Shown: positions 61,421-64,000 of the stretch, one piece after another
Layout of the letters: each line of letters starts with the position of its first letter
Position numbering within the stretch: position 1 is the first letter of the stretch
NCBI GenBank assembly: GCA_032718475.1
Contig: JAUCBJ010000012.1
Location: 1-64,000, forward strand
Origin: Nemertoderma westbladi
Lineage: Eukaryota > Animalia > Xenacoelomorpha
Reading direction: 5' to 3'
DNA length: 64,000 bases
Position numbers and translations under genes: made by a program
Notes under the pieces: generated by a model
Told to the model about the DNA's origin: nothing
The model's database searches: none
The model's input: only the letters and a program-made list of their open reading frames with translations

Positions 61421-64000
61421 ATGTCTGACACAAAGCAAAACCTGTCAGACAGTCTCCTAGATACAACCATCTGTGACCCAGACAGGAGCGTGGAACGTGT
61501 GAGACCGAAGTTCAATTCACCTCCTACTGTAAGAAAGATCATCCCTCCAGTGGTAATATCAGACCCTAGGCTAGTCCAACACCGTAGGTCTATCATAGGC
61601 ACGCAAGCTCAAGTCAAGCGAGACCAAGAAGCAGCGGAACAGCAGCAACACTCGAGCCGAGAACTTATTTCTCAGCGGCCCGACAGCTCCAGTAGTGCGG
61701 ATACTGTAGAGCTTACACCCGAGCGCGGAGCTAAGATGGCAGATGCGGTTTATTCGGATCCCCTTCTCATCCTTCCTGCAGCCGTACTCACTAGGGTATT
61801 GATTGCGGTGGAGGAACACCAGATTGATTGGGCGAGAAGTAAGCGATCGACCAAGGATAGTTATGCGGGATACACAAGGGAAGAACTGAAGTCTATTGTT
61901 GAGTCGCAATGGAACTTCCCCAGACCCCGACTCCCGTTTGACTTATCAGAAGCTGCCTGGGAAGACATACACAGGATGGGAGTGACCAAAGAAACCAGCG
62001 ATCCAGCTGTGTGGAAGAGGTCAGCAGCAGGATACGTACAGGGATTCTTCAGCTCTATGGAGCGATTAAAGGAACAACTGTTTCGACAACCCCAAGGACC
62101 TCAAGCGCAGGGAGAGCTGCTTTATCAAGTTAGAGAAAGAATTCTACGAATCAGACTAATCTTATCGGCCTTTGAGGAGGCTTCTAAAAGAAGACAAGAC
62201 ACGTCGTTGCAAGTTGCCGTAAAGACTTGGTTTCAGCGGGTGAGTCTCCAAGTTCAAGGAACTGCCCAGTGGAAATCTCAGTTGGCTGAGCGCTCAACCC
62301 ATGGAGAATCAACAGACGCTACATTTTCCCAAGTGGAAAGTGAAGCGACGGCAGAGAAACCGCATAAGAGGGATGCTATTGACATCTATCTGTCGGACTA
62401 TCAACGTTTTGTAGGAGATGAAAGTTGAGGAGAAGGCTAGATGGACTTAGCCCTAATAGTGAAGGAGCCAAGCTTGTGTTGGACGCAATAGATGCGGATA
62501 TGATAGCTGCAAACCAAGCTAAATTTGATGAACGCCTCCGCATCGCTAGATCCAAGAAGAACAAGTAAAGAAAAAACATATAGAAGACAGAAAGACAGCG
62601 GCAGTGGCAGCAGCAGTGGCAGCGGCAGAAGCGGAAAGAAAGGTGGTAGAGGTGGAAAGAAAAGCGGCAGCGGCAGCAGCCGAAGTGGAAAGAAAAGCGG
62701 CAGTAGCAGCGGCAGAAGCGGATAGAAAAGCGGCAGAAATAGAAAGAAAGGCAGTGGCAGAAGCAGAACGGAGAGCGTCTGAAGAGATCGCCCAACTAGA
62801 GTTGGAAAATATTCAAGAGAATCAAGACTGCATAAATAAACAGTTAACAGCTAGTCAAATGCAGATGATGAGTCGATCTACTCCCAAAAGGCAGGGATTT
62901 ACATCATCTGATGAAGGCGATACCACCGATCCTGAAGGTGGAGGAAATAGATCTCATCTAAGTAGGCGTAGAAGAATGTCCCACCGTCAGAAATTGCCTG
63001 ATTTGCCCCCAGCTGTTAGAAGGCAACTAACTAACACAGACTTAGGTAGTACAGAACCCACAGACCAAATAATTAAAATAGAAAGACTCCCTACTATAGT
63101 AGATGAGCCTGAAATAATTAGGCCTGTTCTCGAAGCCACCCCTTCGGTGATAGAGACACCTGTACTCCCTGAACCTGCCTCTGAATTCCCTCTGCACAGC
63201 ACTAAGCTACCTGTGCCCCACAGAACCACCCCTGAAAATGTTCATGTCCTGGACTCCGAGCGAAATATTAATGATTTGTCGCCCGTTGTCCCTCGTCCGC
63301 CCGCTACAACGTTGGCGCCTCCCGCTTCGGCGGTCGAGTGGGTAGATGAGGGACGACGGGAGATGGGTCTCCTGCTCGGGCAGCTGAGGGAACACCGTTC
63401 TTGCTCCTCTCAGCAGGTCCAGGAGATGGGGGAGACTGTGCAGCAGTTAAAGGGAACAATTAGAGAGGGTAGGTTAGAGTTGCAAGAAGTGCAGCAAAGT
63501 ATTGCGTTAGAACGCGATAAACTAGTAAATCTCCAAAAGGGTATACCACCACCCCCTGTAACAATGTGTCAACCTGTTAGGTCTGAAGTATTTCATGCGC
63601 AAGGTGTGGAGCCTACACGCATCTATACTGCTAGTGAAGTGGAAACTCCTATAGTAAACCCTATTAAGGGTAATTATAAACCTATTGATAATGATATTCC
63701 ATATAGACCTGATCATAATCCGAGAAATTTATATACCGATAACTCGATATTAAATAACACGATGGCCCAAGAAAGTTTTACGCGTCAAATGGCTAGAACC
63801 GAAGCCCGTCAAGCGGTAAAGGTGGGAGAGATCGTCAAGTTCAATGGAGATGAGATGAAATGGTTACCTTTTAATGAATATTACAAAGATAACATACAGA
63901 ACTCTGTGCTATCTAACGGAGAGAAACTTAGATTCCTCATCGAGTGCTTGGAAGGATCTCCCAAGTTAATGGCGTTAAAGTTTATTGGACATCCAGATGG
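61421..64000 (+). pseudogene. BEL Gag of copy C with two 1-bp deletions (~62422, ~62551)
   Basis: Matches B Gag; frameshifts located by comparison with B. Confidence 0.85.

Larger units (their letters stand above)
56344..64000 (+). mobile_element. BEL/Pao LTR retrotransposon, copy C (5' LTR, leader, gag; runs off the right edge)
   Basis: Colinear homology with the reverse complements of copies A and B. Confidence 0.95.

Overview
AT-rich eukaryotic (metazoan, probably invertebrate) genomic DNA, mostly transposons around a few spliced host genes. Host genes: the last three exons of a DLGAP/SAPAP (GKAP-domain) gene, BORCS7, SRSF2, and the 3' exons of an unidentified minus-strand gene. Three copies of one BEL/Pao LTR-retrotransposon family dominate: A 1-8542 (-), B 37979-54061 (-; both LTRs plus a 5-bp TSD) and C 56344-64000 (+). 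The window also holds two intronic satellites and nested LINE, SINE, MITE, Academ-, Sola2- and hAT-like remnants. Two features of the BEL/Pao family stand out. (1) It has no tRNA-type primer-binding site. The 11 nt right after the 5' LTR are instead the exact reverse complement of an 11-mer inside the LTR, and the two motifs change together between copies. This points to Tf1-like self-priming, in a superfamily where I know only tRNA priming. (2) Copy B carries, in the env position, a disrupted ~1400-codon extra gene with a DEDDy/WRN-like 3'-5' exonuclease, CCHC zinc knuckles and a basic tail. All calls come from reading the sequence by eye; no searches were run.
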